From positions 29,382-93,381 of the forward strand of contig MNVD01000011.1 of the NCBI GenBank assembly GCA_001871445.1: a stretch of 64,000 bases of DNA, written 5' to 3'. The notes below the pieces were generated by a model that made no database searches, had not been told where the DNA came from, and saw only the letters and a list, made by a program, of their open reading frames with translations. Position numbers and translations under genes: made by a program. Origin of the DNA: Candidatus Magasanikbacteria bacterium CG1_02_41_34 (GTDB lineage: Bacteria; Patescibacteriota; Patescibacteriia; Magasanikbacterales; UBA922). Shown piece after piece: positions 39,000 to 49,103 of the stretch. How positions within the stretch are numbered: position 1 is the stretch's first letter; every line of letters begins with the position of its first letter.

Positions 39000-39337
39000 A
39001 GATCGCAAAAAGTTTTCTGTAGAGGAATATGATCAATCATTTGACGAAAGTTATGCAGATGCTTTTATAGAGAGTTTTTCTTTGAACACCTCGAAAGTAC
39101 TGAATTGTAAACTATCAAAATCATGAGAAGGCCAGACTATTGCTATGGCACAACTCAGTACATTTCTCGGCCGTGTATAGCGCAAAACAAATATAACCTG
39201 ATACCAATTTGATTTAAGAGAGTTAAATCGAGTGCATCTGGGGGGTGGGTAGCTTGATTTATTGCCTCTGTCCGAGTAGACTGTGTATATAACAAGTTGG
39301 GTAATCTACAGAGATAGTCCAAGTAATATACCTACAT

Positions 39338-39763
39338 GTGGACAGTATAACAGTCAATAATTCAGGAATAATTAGTCTCCAAACGTTCAAAGATGGTTTT
39401 GATGGTATTTTGTCTATTGCTGAGTCTGGGAAACAAATTCCTTTTGATGTAAAGTGCACATATTATATTTATAACTTAGTAAACCACGAATCTGTCGTGC
39501 GTGGTAAACATGCTCATAAGTCTCTCAAACAGGCAATCTTTTGTATCAACGGTTCATTTACGTTGTCCCTTGATGATGGTGAGAGTAAACAGGAGATCAT
39601 AATGGATAACCATGGTGTAGGTGTGTATCTTGGACCGGAGTTGTGGCACACAATGACAAATTTCAAGAATAATTGTATTTTGCTTGTGTTGGCATCAGAT
39701 TGGTATGATGAGTCTGACTACATACGAGAGTATGGTGAATTTCTTGCATATATAAAAAAGTAA
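39338..39763 (+). CDS. FdtA/QdtA-family cupin sugar 3,4-ketoisomerase
   Basis: [41 protein letters not shown]; GTG start. Confidence 0.88.
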   Translation: MDSITVNNSGIISLQTFKDGFDGILSIAESGKQIPFDVKCTYYIYNLVNHESVVRGKHAHKSLKQAIFCINGSFTLSLDDGESKQEIIMDNHGVGVYLGPELWHTMTNFKNNCILLVLASDWYDESDYIREYGEFLAYIKK

Positions 39764-39764
39764 T

Positions 39765-40850
39765 ATGATTCCATTTGTCGATTTTAAAACTCAATATAAT
39801 AATTTGAAAACTGAGATAGATAAGGCCGTTCATCGAGTGCTTGACAGTGGGTGGTATATCTTGGGAAATGAGGGAATAGCTTTTGAACAGGAATTTGCTT
39901 CGTATGTAGGTACAACATATTGTGTGGGTGTCGCTTCTGGTACAGAAGCGATTGCTCTTGGTCTTATGGCGCTTGGAATAGTTCACGGTGATGAGGTTAT
40001 TACCACAAGTCTCACCGCATATCCAACAATCACGGCAATTGTTCAGTCCGGAGCAACCCCAGTACTTGTTGATATACATACTGAAGATGGTCTGATAGAT
40101 GTTTCAAAAATTGAACAACACATTACATCCAAAACAAAAGCAATAGTCCCGGTTCATCTTTATGGGCAGAGTTGCGACATGGATGCCATCAAGATTGTTG
40201 CAGACAAGCATGATCTTATGATAGTAGAAGATTGTGCTCAAGCCGTAGGTGCCTTATACGAGGGGAAAAAAGTTGGATCGATAGGAGAATGTGGTGCATT
40301 TTCTTTTTATCCTACGAAAAATCTTGGTGCGTATGGTGATGGTGGAGCTATTACTACAAATAACGAGGAATTATATAATCGATTGCTCGCAATGAGAAAT
40401 TATGGACAAACCTCTCGTTACTCACATGATAGTGCGGGGATTAACAGTAGACTTGACGAAATGCAAGCAGCAATATTGCGTGTCAAACTCCTTCATTTGG
40501 ATAAGGATAATAATAGACGGAAAAGTATTGCTCAAAGATATAAAAATGAACTTGTTGGAGTTGAGACACTTTTAGAGCGGACGTATGGTGAAGGTGTGTA
40601 TCATTTATTTGTAGTAAAGACAGACAAAAGAGAGGAATTCATGAAATATATGGAGGAGAATGAAATTAAGACGTTAATTCATTTTCCAATGCCAATTCAT
40701 GCACAAAAAGCATTTGTATGGGAAAGGGATGACGAATATACAAATGCGACTCAGTTTGCAAGCATGATAGTAAGCATTCCTATATATCCAGAATTGGAAG
40801 ATGACCAAATCGATACAATAATTTCAACTATTAATGCCTTTGATAATTAA
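39765..40850 (+). CDS. DegT/DnrJ/EryC1/StrS aminotransferase (FdtB/QdtB-like sugar 3-aminotransferase)
   Basis: [39 protein letters not shown]. Confidence 0.92.
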   Translation: MIPFVDFKTQYNNLKTEIDKAVHRVLDSGWYILGNEGIAFEQEFASYVGTTYCVGVASGTEAIALGLMALGIVHGDEVITTSLTAYPTITAIVQSGATPVLVDIHTEDGLIDVSKIEQHITSKTKAIVPVHLYGQSCDMDAIKIVADKHDLMIVEDCAQAVGALYEGKKVGSIGECGAFSFYPTKNLGAYGDGGAITTNNEELYNRLLAMRNYGQTSRYSHDSAGINSRLDEMQAAILRVKLLHLDKDNNRRKSIAQRYKNELVGVETLLERTYGEGVYHLFVVKTDKREEFMKYMEENEIKTLIHFPMPIHAQKAFVWERDDEYTNATQFASMIVSIPIYPELEDDQIDTIISTINAFDN

Positions 40851-40853
40851 CAT

Positions 40854-41774
40854 ATGCGTGTCTCCATTGTTATCCCTGTCTATAATGGTTCTGAAAGTAT
40901 AGAGAGACTAGTAAGTGGGCTGGTAGAAAAAGTTGGTTCTTTGTATGATTTAGAAATTGTACTAGTAAATGATTTTTCGCCAGATAACTCAAGAGATGTT
41001 TGTGTGGACGTACAAAAACGGTTTTGTAAAAATGTTAAATTTTATAGTTTGGCCAAAAATGCAGGAGAACACAACGCAGTCATGGCAGGTCTCAATAAAT
41101 GTACAGGTGACTATGCTATCATCATGGATGATGATTTTCAAAATCCAATTAGTGAAGTAATAAAACTTATTACATACATCAGTGAACATGATTACGATGT
41201 CGTATATACATATTATGAAGAGAAAAAGCATTCACGTTTTCGTAATTTAGGAAGTTCTTTTAATGACAAGGTCGCAAATATAATGCTTCAAAAGCCAAAA
41301 GATTTGTACCTCTCCAGCTTCAAGGTGATAAACCGGTTTACGATAAATAATATAATTTCATACAAGCTACCTTTTCCATATATTGATGGACTTATCTTAC
41401 GTACGACACGTCATATTGGAAAGCTCAAAGTGGAGCACGCAGCTCGCGAGGTAGGGAAATCGAATTATACACTCAAAAAATTGGTATCATTGTGGTCCAA
41501 CATGTTTATCAATTTTTCTATATTACCACTTCGCATCATGGTCGCTGTTGGATTTCTTTTTGCAGCATGTTCTTTTATTTTTGGAGTATTTGTCGTGTAT
41601 GAAAAATTTACAGACCCGTCACTTCCTCTTGGTTATCCATCACTCCTTATTGCGATTTTGATGTTGTCAGGTATTCAATTAATTTCTATTGGGGTCATGG
41701 GTGAATATATCGGACGTATGTTTTTATCACAAAATAAAACTCCTCAATATACTATAAGAGAGTCATTTGAATAA
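40854..41774 (+). CDS. Polyprenyl-phosphate glycosyltransferase (ArnC/GtrB-like GT2)
   Basis: SIVIPVYN, NAGEHNAVMAG, MDDDFQNP, two C-terminal TMs, GEYIGR. Confidence 0.9.
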   Translation: MRVSIVIPVYNGSESIERLVSGLVEKVGSLYDLEIVLVNDFSPDNSRDVCVDVQKRFCKNVKFYSLAKNAGEHNAVMAGLNKCTGDYAIIMDDDFQNPISEVIKLITYISEHDYDVVYTYYEEKKHSRFRNLGSSFNDKVANIMLQKPKDLYLSSFKVINRFTINNIISYKLPFPYIDGLILRTTRHIGKLKVEHAAREVGKSNYTLKKLVSLWSNMFINFSILPLRIMVAVGFLFAACSFIFGVFVVYEKFTDPSLPLGYPSLLIAILMLSGIQLISIGVMGEYIGRMFLSQNKTPQYTIRESFE

Positions 41775-41785
41775 TAGTACTGTTT

Positions 41786-42529
41786 ATGGAAAAGTATGAA
41801 TATGATGCAATGTATAAATATGAGAATAATCATTGGTGGTATTTGGTATTGGATGATTTGATAAAGAAATATTTAGATAATAAAATCAATGATGACAAAA
41901 TTAATACCCTTCATATTTTTGATGCAGGATGTGGAACAGGGAGGATGATAAAATTGTTGAGTTCCTATGGTGAAGTTCATGGGATCGATTTTTCTGAAGA
42001 GGCAGTTAATTTTTCAAGGAAAAGAGGGTGTAAAAATGTAAAAAAGGAAGATTTAAATAAGTGGAATCCAAAAAATGAAAAGTACGATGTCATTACCTGT
42101 CTAGATGTACTTTACCATTCAAATATAAAAGATGATCTAGATGTGATGAAAGTTTTTTATAGAGCTCTAAAATCAGATGGAATTTTGATAATGAATGTAC
42201 CTGCGTTTGATTTTTTAAAAAGGAACCATGATTTAAAGGTTTCTACAAAAAAGAGGTATATAAAAAAAATACTTAAAAATAATTTAAAAAAAATAGGTTT
42301 TAAGATAGAAATACAGACATATAGATTACCTCTTCTTTTCTTTGTTATTTCGTTTAAAAAAATAATCGAATTTTTTCTAAAATCAACGGATGAAACATCG
42401 GAGTTAAAAGAGTTGCCAACTTTTTTCAATCGATTATTATTTTTTGTACATAGATTAGAAAATAGAATTATATTAAGTAGAGTATCAATTCCCTTTGGAA
42501 GCTCTGTGTTTGTTGTCTGTCGAAAATAA
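41786..42529 (+). CDS. Class I SAM-dependent methyltransferase
   Basis: ENNHWWY, DAGCGTG, CLDVLYH, NVPAF, PFGSS. Confidence 0.88.
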   Translation: MEKYEYDAMYKYENNHWWYLVLDDLIKKYLDNKINDDKINTLHIFDAGCGTGRMIKLLSSYGEVHGIDFSEEAVNFSRKRGCKNVKKEDLNKWNPKNEKYDVITCLDVLYHSNIKDDLDVMKVFYRALKSDGILIMNVPAFDFLKRNHDLKVSTKKRYIKKILKNNLKKIGFKIEIQTYRLPLLFFVISFKKIIEFFLKSTDETSELKELPTFFNRLLFFVHRLENRIILSRVSIPFGSSVFVVCRK

Positions 42530-42552
42530 ATATTAGAGATAAATATAACATT

Positions 42553-43179
42553 ATGAAACATAATATATTAGAAATAATAAAGAAAATAATACATGAATTA
42601 GCTGAAAGACCTGTTATTTTTAATTTACTTCGTCGTATATTGGAATTTAACTATAGAGGAGAAAAAAGAGTCATCCGAGATGAAATTACTGTGTATGATC
42701 GAGTACTTGATTTGGGTTGCGGAACTGGAGAACTTTGTAAAGAATTTATCTCAAAAAAATATGTAGGAATTGATTTAAATGATTTATATATACGATATGC
42801 TAAAGAGAAATATCCTGATTATATATTTGAAACAATGGATGCGACTCAATTGCAGTTTTCTGATAATAGCTTCGATACCATATTAATTTCAGGGGTTTTA
42901 CATCATTGTAATAACGAAGTTGCGATGTCCATTTTGAAAGAAGTACATAGGGTCTTAACACCAAATGGTAAAGTAATTATATGGGAAGATGCGTTGACAT
43001 GTAGTAAGATGAATATAGTAGGTCGGGTAATTCAAAAATTAGATGAAGGTGAACATATTTTAGATAAGGACGGTTATCTCAATCTTTTTCATTTATATTT
43101 TAAAATCACTAAATCATACAACATGGTCAGTGGTTTTTGTGATTACCATGTATTTATTTTGGAAAGTAAATCTAATTAA
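42553..43179 (+). CDS. Class I SAM-dependent methyltransferase
   Basis: VLDLGCGTG, MDATQL.F.DNSFD, VLHH, RVLTPNG. Confidence 0.9.
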   Translation: MKHNILEIIKKIIHELAERPVIFNLLRRILEFNYRGEKRVIRDEITVYDRVLDLGCGTGELCKEFISKKYVGIDLNDLYIRYAKEKYPDYIFETMDATQLQFSDNSFDTILISGVLHHCNNEVAMSILKEVHRVLTPNGKVIIWEDALTCSKMNIVGRVIQKLDEGEHILDKDGYLNLFHLYFKITKSYNMVSGFCDYHVFILESKSN

Positions 43180-43196
43180 AATCTATCAATTCATTT

Positions 43197-45320
43197 ATGA
43201 TAAAATTTCAAAATATAATGAAAAAAATTAGACATATACGGGATCCCAGAATCATTTTTTTGATAGTAACTGTCTTTTTTTGTTTTGAATATTTTATTTT
43301 GGGTCCTTTTTCTTATGCACGCATTGGAGACAATCTAGATAGTTTTGTAATAAGAGCTGTAGTATATTGGCAGAGTATGTTTCGCGATGGAATGATGAGT
43401 TATTGGCTTCCTTATTTTACTGGTGGCATGGACAGACTATCAAATATGTCTTCGTTTGGTGAAATAGGTAATTTATTATATATTTTTCCTGCATGGTTTG
43501 CCTCGGCAATTGTTATTTTATCTTCAGTTTTTTTTGGAGGGTATTATACTTTTAAGATTGGTCATGAAATTTTGGATTTGGATAAAAAAGCTAGTCTTAT
43601 CGCTGGTATTTTATTTTCATCGTTTTTTGTCATTCAGGATCTCAAACCGTTTATGTTAGGGATCGTGGTGTTGCCATTTACTTTATTTTTTTTAGAAAAG
43701 ATATTTTTTAACAAAACTTTTTCTTTATTTAAGAAAAGTATACTTTTCCTCATATTAGGAATCGTGTTTTCGTCTTTTTCGTCTATTACATTAACCATGC
43801 CTTTTGTGGCAATTGCAATAGTAGTTTGGTTTACTCTAGTTAGAAAACAAAAAAATTTAATTTTTTATTTATTACTTTCCATTTTTTTTCTTTTGTCTTT
43901 TCTATTGAAATCTCAAGAGATTTGGAGTTTATTTATTAACACACCATTATCTCGCCGTAGTGCTGAATCATTGTATTATAAAGCAGACCTAAGTCAATTA
44001 TTATCTGAGCTTAGAAATACTTTTAAGACTAACAGCATCGCTCTTCTCATAGTTTTTTTTGGATTTTTTCTTTCGAAAAAAGATAAATTATTTATTATAT
44101 TAATGACTATCTCTCTAGTGTTTATGTTATTACCTACATTTTTTCCAATATTATCAGGTAGTAATTTTGGAAGAGTGTTAGGTCCTTTTCGTAATTTTGG
44201 TTTTAAGTGTTTATATCTTGTTTCTCCTTTATTTTTTTCTTTGGCGGCTGGATACGTATTTAATTATTTTAAAGATACAAGAGCTAGTGTGTTTCTACAA
44301 AAGACCAATAAAGATTACTTATTTTACATACAGAATATCCTAATTTCGATTACTTTGGTTCTGGTTGTTTTTGTAAATTTTTCTATAAAAACGAATCATT
44401 TTTATGTCTGGTTGAAAACTGGTGGATATTATGCAAATACTCACAGTCCTGATGTGTCAGCGTTGGTTGATAGAGAAAAAAATTCTTTACCTTATCGCGT
44501 TGCAATCATAAGTCCTAAATCTTATAAAAGTCTTTATCCCTTTTTATCAAATTTTTATGGATTGGAAACTTCTGATGCTTCCACCGACGTGATGCCACAA
44601 AGAATTGATGAATTTTTTAGGATTATGTCAAATGCAGACACTCGGACATCCCAGTATTTTTTACCAGATGTTGATAGCCAAACAGCAAAGAAAATGATGA
44701 CAAATTTTGATTTGAATAATTTGGTCAATACATCACTTATGTCGTTATTCAATGTGAAATTTGTCTTGACTGACCATATCATCAATTCTGACGGTTTTGA
44801 ATTAATTCAGACTCCTAGCGTGAGTGAATGGAAATCATGGACAGACATGAAAGAATCGGAGAAAATTAAACTTAAATTGGAAGAAAATTTTTTTGGCAAA
44901 AAATTATTAGTGTATGAAAACAAAAATTCTTTTCCAAGATTTTTTTTGGCAAAAAAAGTGGAATTTTTTGATACAGATAATGATCTCTTGAATGCCTTAT
45001 CAGATGCTGATATAAAAAGATTGAGAGAAACTGTTTTTTTGTTAAAACAATACACTGACAAAATTCCTGAAATGAATGGTGTCGATACAGATGTTGATGT
45101 CATAGAATATTCAAATGATAAAATAAAATTGAAAGTTGAAACTGATGGACCATCTGTGTTAGTCATTAGTAATAATTTTACTCCTTTTTGGGAAGTCTAT
45201 GTGGATGGGGTAAAGAAAGAGATAATCCCAGCCTACCATGCTTTAATGGCTGTATCGCTTGAGAGAAATAATAATGAAGTAGAATTAATCTATAAACCTC
45301 CATATGTAGTAAAATTATAG
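43197..45320 (+). CDS. YfhO-like GT-C polytopic membrane glycosyltransferase
   Basis: Many TMs, then an extracellular C-domain with YEN..SFPRFF, LVISNNFTPFWEVYVDG, VELIYKP. Confidence 0.75.
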   Translation: MIKFQNIMKKIRHIRDPRIIFLIVTVFFCFEYFILGPFSYARIGDNLDSFVIRAVVYWQSMFRDGMMSYWLPYFTGGMDRLSNMSSFGEIGNLLYIFPAWFASAIVILSSVFFGGYYTFKIGHEILDLDKKASLIAGILFSSFFVIQDLKPFMLGIVVLPFTLFFLEKIFFNKTFSLFKKSILFLILGIVFSSFSSITLTMPFVAIAIVVWFTLVRKQKNLIFYLLLSIFFLLSFLLKSQEIWSLFINTPLSRRSAESLYYKADLSQLLSELRNTFKTNSIALLIVFFGFFLSKKDKLFIILMTISLVFMLLPTFFPILSGSNFGRVLGPFRNFGFKCLYLVSPLFFSLAAGYVFNYFKDTRASVFLQKTNKDYLFYIQNILISITLVLVVFVNFSIKTNHFYVWLKTGGYYANTHSPDVSALVDREKNSLPYRVAIISPKSYKSLYPFLSNFYGLETSDASTDVMPQRIDEFFRIMSNADTRTSQYFLPDVDSQTAKKMMTNFDLNNLVNTSLMSLFNVKFVLTDHIINSDGFELIQTPSVSEWKSWTDMKESEKIKLKLEENFFGKKLLVYENKNSFPRFFLAKKVEFFDTDNDLLNALSDADIKRLRETVFLLKQYTDKIPEMNGVDTDVDVIEYSNDKIKLKVETDGPSVLVISNNFTPFWEVYVDGVKKEIIPAYHALMAVSLERNNNEVELIYKPPYVVKL

Positions 45321-45366
45321 TGTTCAATTTATTTATTCAAATAGGAGTTTTTAGTAATTATTACTA

Positions 45367-45777
45367 ATGATAAAACATATAATGAAAATTATCAGTCCTC
45401 AATTAATAAGATTTATATTCGTTGGAAGTGTAAATATGGTTTTGAGTTATAGTATTTTTTTGATATGTATTTATTTTTTTTATTTTCATTATACTTTAGC
45501 TCTTATCGTTGAATATTTTTTTGGTATTCTAAATAGTTATTTTTGGAATAGAAGATGGACTTTTAAGAGTGATGGTAATGTCAAGAAGGAAATTAGAAAA
45601 TTTATTTTTGTATATCTCGTGATGTTTGGTTTAAATTATGTATTACTTTCTATATTTATAGACTTGATTAATATGAGAGTTTTTTTTGCACAAATGGTAG
45701 CTATAATAATTATTACCCCCGTAACCTTTTTAGCTCATAAAATGTGGTCTTTTGTTAAGAAAGAAACACACAATTAA
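45367..45777 (+). CDS. GtrA-family small flippase
   Basis: QLIRFIFVG, NSYFWNRRWTF, four TMs, HKMWSF. Confidence 0.9.
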   Translation: MIKHIMKIISPQLIRFIFVGSVNMVLSYSIFLICIYFFYFHYTLALIVEYFFGILNSYFWNRRWTFKSDGNVKKEIRKFIFVYLVMFGLNYVLLSIFIDLINMRVFFAQMVAIIIITPVTFLAHKMWSFVKKETHN

Positions 45778-45781
45778 TTTT

Positions 45782-46612
45782 ATGAATCCTCTTATCTCAG
45801 TAATTATGCCATGTCACAGTGATGGGCTTTATATAGCACAAGCTATTAAGGCTGTACAAGCTCAGACGTACACCAATTGGGAGCTTATTATTGTTGATGA
45901 CCATAGTATTGATAATACAGCAAAAATTGTAGAATCATTTGTAAAAGATGATACGAGAATTCGTTATGTATTTTTGGAAGAAGAAGATACGGAGCGAATT
46001 AATAAAAAAGGAGACAATATAAATGCTGGATGGCTTGCGCGTAATTATGGCATGTCTTTGGCAAATGGTGAACTTATTACATTTCAAGACGCAGATGATG
46101 GATCACACACAAATCGTTTTGAAATTCAATTGTATGGGATGGAAAAATATAAAAGTGATCATGTCGTTGTGGATTGGCGTAAGTATAGTGACGATTTAAA
46201 TGAAACGGTATATGATGTGGATATAGATACTTTGCAAGTGATCGATACAGACACTATTTTGAAAACTGTACAAAAAAATAAAAAAGGATTTTTTAAGTAT
46301 CCATTTTCAAGAAATGAAGATAACAATTACTTATCATCAGTTGCTCATAGGTTTGATAGAAAATATTTGAGATCTTGGGACTCGTATCCTTTGGCAGCAA
46401 GTATGCCATTATTTAGACGCTCTGTGTTAGGCGAAGTCCGTTTTAGGCAGTTATATGAGCGTGTCTGGCCATCAGGAAGAGGACGAGGCGCTGATAGAGA
46501 TTTTAATTTTTGGCTTGCAGAGACTTGTAAAACAAGTATAGGACTTGAAGTTCCATTGGTGTTGTGGCGTCATAATGGTTTAGATAATAAAAAATATGTA
46601 GATAGAAATTAG
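45782..46612 (+). CDS. Glycosyltransferase family 2
   Basis: ISVIMP, QTYTNWELIIVDD, ARNYG, FQDADD; start ATG 45782. Confidence 0.85.
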   Translation: MNPLISVIMPCHSDGLYIAQAIKAVQAQTYTNWELIIVDDHSIDNTAKIVESFVKDDTRIRYVFLEEEDTERINKKGDNINAGWLARNYGMSLANGELITFQDADDGSHTNRFEIQLYGMEKYKSDHVVVDWRKYSDDLNETVYDVDIDTLQVIDTDTILKTVQKNKKGFFKYPFSRNEDNNYLSSVAHRFDRKYLRSWDSYPLAASMPLFRRSVLGEVRFRQLYERVWPSGRGRGADRDFNFWLAETCKTSIGLEVPLVLWRHNGLDNKKYVDRN

Positions 46613-46613
46613 T

Positions 46614-47702
46614 ATGAAAAAAACAAAAATACTATTTATATTTCGTACACCAATGGAAAACATCGGGCAAATTAATGATGGAAAAGTCGATGAGCCTGCA
46701 GAATTTTTATGGGGTATGAAAGATTTGGATCGTTCAATATATGATGTACGTTTTATAAATGCCCCTCGTTTTGGTAAGCGAACAGGTATACGTAGATTCA
46801 CATGGATTTTTGAGGTGGTATTTGCGAAGTATGTCCGTATAGGATTGCCTATAGATATATATTTGAAATATAAAAAAGATATTGTTTGGGCAGATGAAAT
46901 AGTATGTACATATGATCAGGTGTCTATCGGTATATTATTTTGGCGTTTATTCGGCTTTCTTAGAAAGAAAAAAATTCACGCAATTGTAATGAGCTTATCT
47001 GAGCGTATCGTATATTTTAAAAACATTTATCCATTGAAATGGTTTGTTTCATTGCTGTTGCGTCAAGCTGATACTATATTAACTCTTTCAGATGTGGCCT
47101 CACAGGCGATTGAAAAAGAATACGGTGTAGAACGAACAAAAATATATACATGGTATTTTGGGATCGACATTGATTTTTGGAAATCAAAAAAAGAAAATAT
47201 GATATATGATATCATGTCTATTGGAAATGATATGAATCGTGATTTTGAGACACTTATCAGTGCTATTTCATCTGATGATAAGGTAGTTCTTGTGACTAAA
47301 AAAAATATTAGACAAGTGCATAATGATGCGGTTACCGTACTTTCTGGTATTGAGAATACAGAAGTAAGAGAATTATACAATAAGTCTCGTATTATTGTTA
47401 TACCAAGTATTGCCCTAAAAACAGAATCTGCTGGATTAAGCTGTTTTTTGCAAGCACTTTCTTGTGAGAGACCTGTTATTATATCGGATTCACCACCTTT
47501 TAGAGAAATATTTAAAGATGGTATGCATTGTCTTTTTTATATCCCTGGTTCGGTAGATGATTTACGTAAAAAAATTGAATTGTTGAAGAATGATGAAAAA
47601 TTAGCCAAAAAAATAGCAACACAGGGTTATGAATTAGTACGTAATAGGTATACTTGCAAAGACATGTCTAATCAGTTAGACTATCTATTCAAACATAGGT
47701 AA
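46614..47702 (+). CDS. Glycosyltransferase family 4
   Basis: FGIDIDFW, GN..RDF.TL, SAGLSCFLQALSCERPVI. Confidence 0.8.
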   Translation: MKKTKILFIFRTPMENIGQINDGKVDEPAEFLWGMKDLDRSIYDVRFINAPRFGKRTGIRRFTWIFEVVFAKYVRIGLPIDIYLKYKKDIVWADEIVCTYDQVSIGILFWRLFGFLRKKKIHAIVMSLSERIVYFKNIYPLKWFVSLLLRQADTILTLSDVASQAIEKEYGVERTKIYTWYFGIDIDFWKSKKENMIYDIMSIGNDMNRDFETLISAISSDDKVVLVTKKNIRQVHNDAVTVLSGIENTEVRELYNKSRIIVIPSIALKTESAGLSCFLQALSCERPVIISDSPPFREIFKDGMHCLFYIPGSVDDLRKKIELLKNDEKLAKKIATQGYELVRNRYTCKDMSNQLDYLFKHR

Positions 47703-47711
47703 TATACTTTT

Positions 47712-49091
47712 ATGAACATACTCTACATCGGTGCCGGCTTCGTAGGAGCTTGCTCAGCTGCCGTCTCCGCAGACAGTGGGCATAAAGCTCTTGTCTATGA
47801 TATTGACACAACCAAAATTGAAAAATTAGGGAGTGGAGATCGAGATGTTATTGAATCTTGCCTTTTTGAAAAAGGACTTGGTGATTTGTTGATACGTAAT
47901 AATGAACGTATTGTTTTTACCACTGATTATGCGAAAGTGGAAGCGTTCCTTGACACGTGTGATGCTGTGTTCATGTGTCTTCCTACTCCTGAGGTAGGGA
48001 ATACTGGGGAAAGTGATTTGTCATATTATCGAGCTGCTGCAAATGATCTTGCTGAGGCTCTCGTAAAGAGAAATGATGGAAAACAAGAAGGATATATCGT
48101 TGTTGTAAATAAAAGTACTGTCCCTATTGAAATGGTGGATGAAACTGCACATATCCTGGATAGTCATGGTGTTACATCATACGGTGTTGTTTCAAATCCA
48201 GAATTTCTTGTAGAAGGAAAGGCCATTCAAGGTGCTCTGAAGCCTGATCGTATTGTGGTAGGGGCATGGAACCAAAAGGATTTTGATGTCATGAAACAAG
48301 TGTATCAGCGTTTTTATGACGCTCCAGACGTAAAGTATCTTGAAGTCAACCCAAAAGAAGCTGCTGCTGGTAAACTTTTAGCAAATTATTATTTGTTTGC
48401 AAAACTCGCGATTTGTTTTGATGTCATCGGAAGAACTGCTGAAACATTTTCAGATATTCAATTTGAAGTACTTCGAAAGATTATTGCTTCAGATGTGCGT
48501 ATTGGTGGATGGGGTTTTTATGACAGTCTTTATGCTGGAGGAAGTTGTCTTATAAAAGATGCACGGTCTTTGTCTCATCAATTGCAAACATCTGGACAGG
48601 AAGCCACATTAGTGAATGATACGTATGTCGCGAACCGAAGGCAACTAGAAACATTTCTTGCTCGAGCTGAAAATGATGCTCATTTTGATTGGCGTGGAAA
48701 AAAAGTAGCACTGCTCGGAACAGCGTTCAAACGAGATACCAACGATATTCGTAATTCTCCCAGTATTGATATTCTTCATTTTTGTAAGGAACAAGATGTT
48801 GTTGATGTCGCTGTGTATGATCCTTCTGCCCTTCCTTTGTTTCAGGAGATGTTTCCAGCGTCTGAGAGTATTCATTATACTCAACATGAGTTTGATGCCA
48901 TTGTGGACGCAGATGTTGTTATCATCGCTACTGATTGGCCACAGTTTCGAGGGCTTGCTGATGTCATGATCGGAGAACTTAAGAAAAAACCACTTGTCAT
49001 GGATGGACGTCGTATGTTGCAGCATCGATACGATGATCTCAAAGAAGCTGGTTTTCAGATTATTGCTGTAGGGAGTCCCTTCATTTCATAA
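47712..49091 (+). CDS. ugd: UDP-glucose 6-dehydrogenase
   Basis: IGAGFVG, CLPTP, KSTVP, SNPEFL.EG, GGSCLIKD, AFK.DT.D.R.SP, DGR. Confidence 0.9.
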   Translation: MNILYIGAGFVGACSAAVSADSGHKALVYDIDTTKIEKLGSGDRDVIESCLFEKGLGDLLIRNNERIVFTTDYAKVEAFLDTCDAVFMCLPTPEVGNTGESDLSYYRAAANDLAEALVKRNDGKQEGYIVVVNKSTVPIEMVDETAHILDSHGVTSYGVVSNPEFLVEGKAIQGALKPDRIVVGAWNQKDFDVMKQVYQRFYDAPDVKYLEVNPKEAAAGKLLANYYLFAKLAICFDVIGRTAETFSDIQFEVLRKIIASDVRIGGWGFYDSLYAGGSCLIKDARSLSHQLQTSGQEATLVNDTYVANRRQLETFLARAENDAHFDWRGKKVALLGTAFKRDTNDIRNSPSIDILHFCKEQDVVDVAVYDPSALPLFQEMFPASESIHYTQHEFDAIVDADVVIIATDWPQFRGLADVMIGELKKKPLVMDGRRMLQHRYDDLKEAGFQIIAVGSPFIS

Positions 49092-49103
49092 ATAGGAACA
49101 TAT

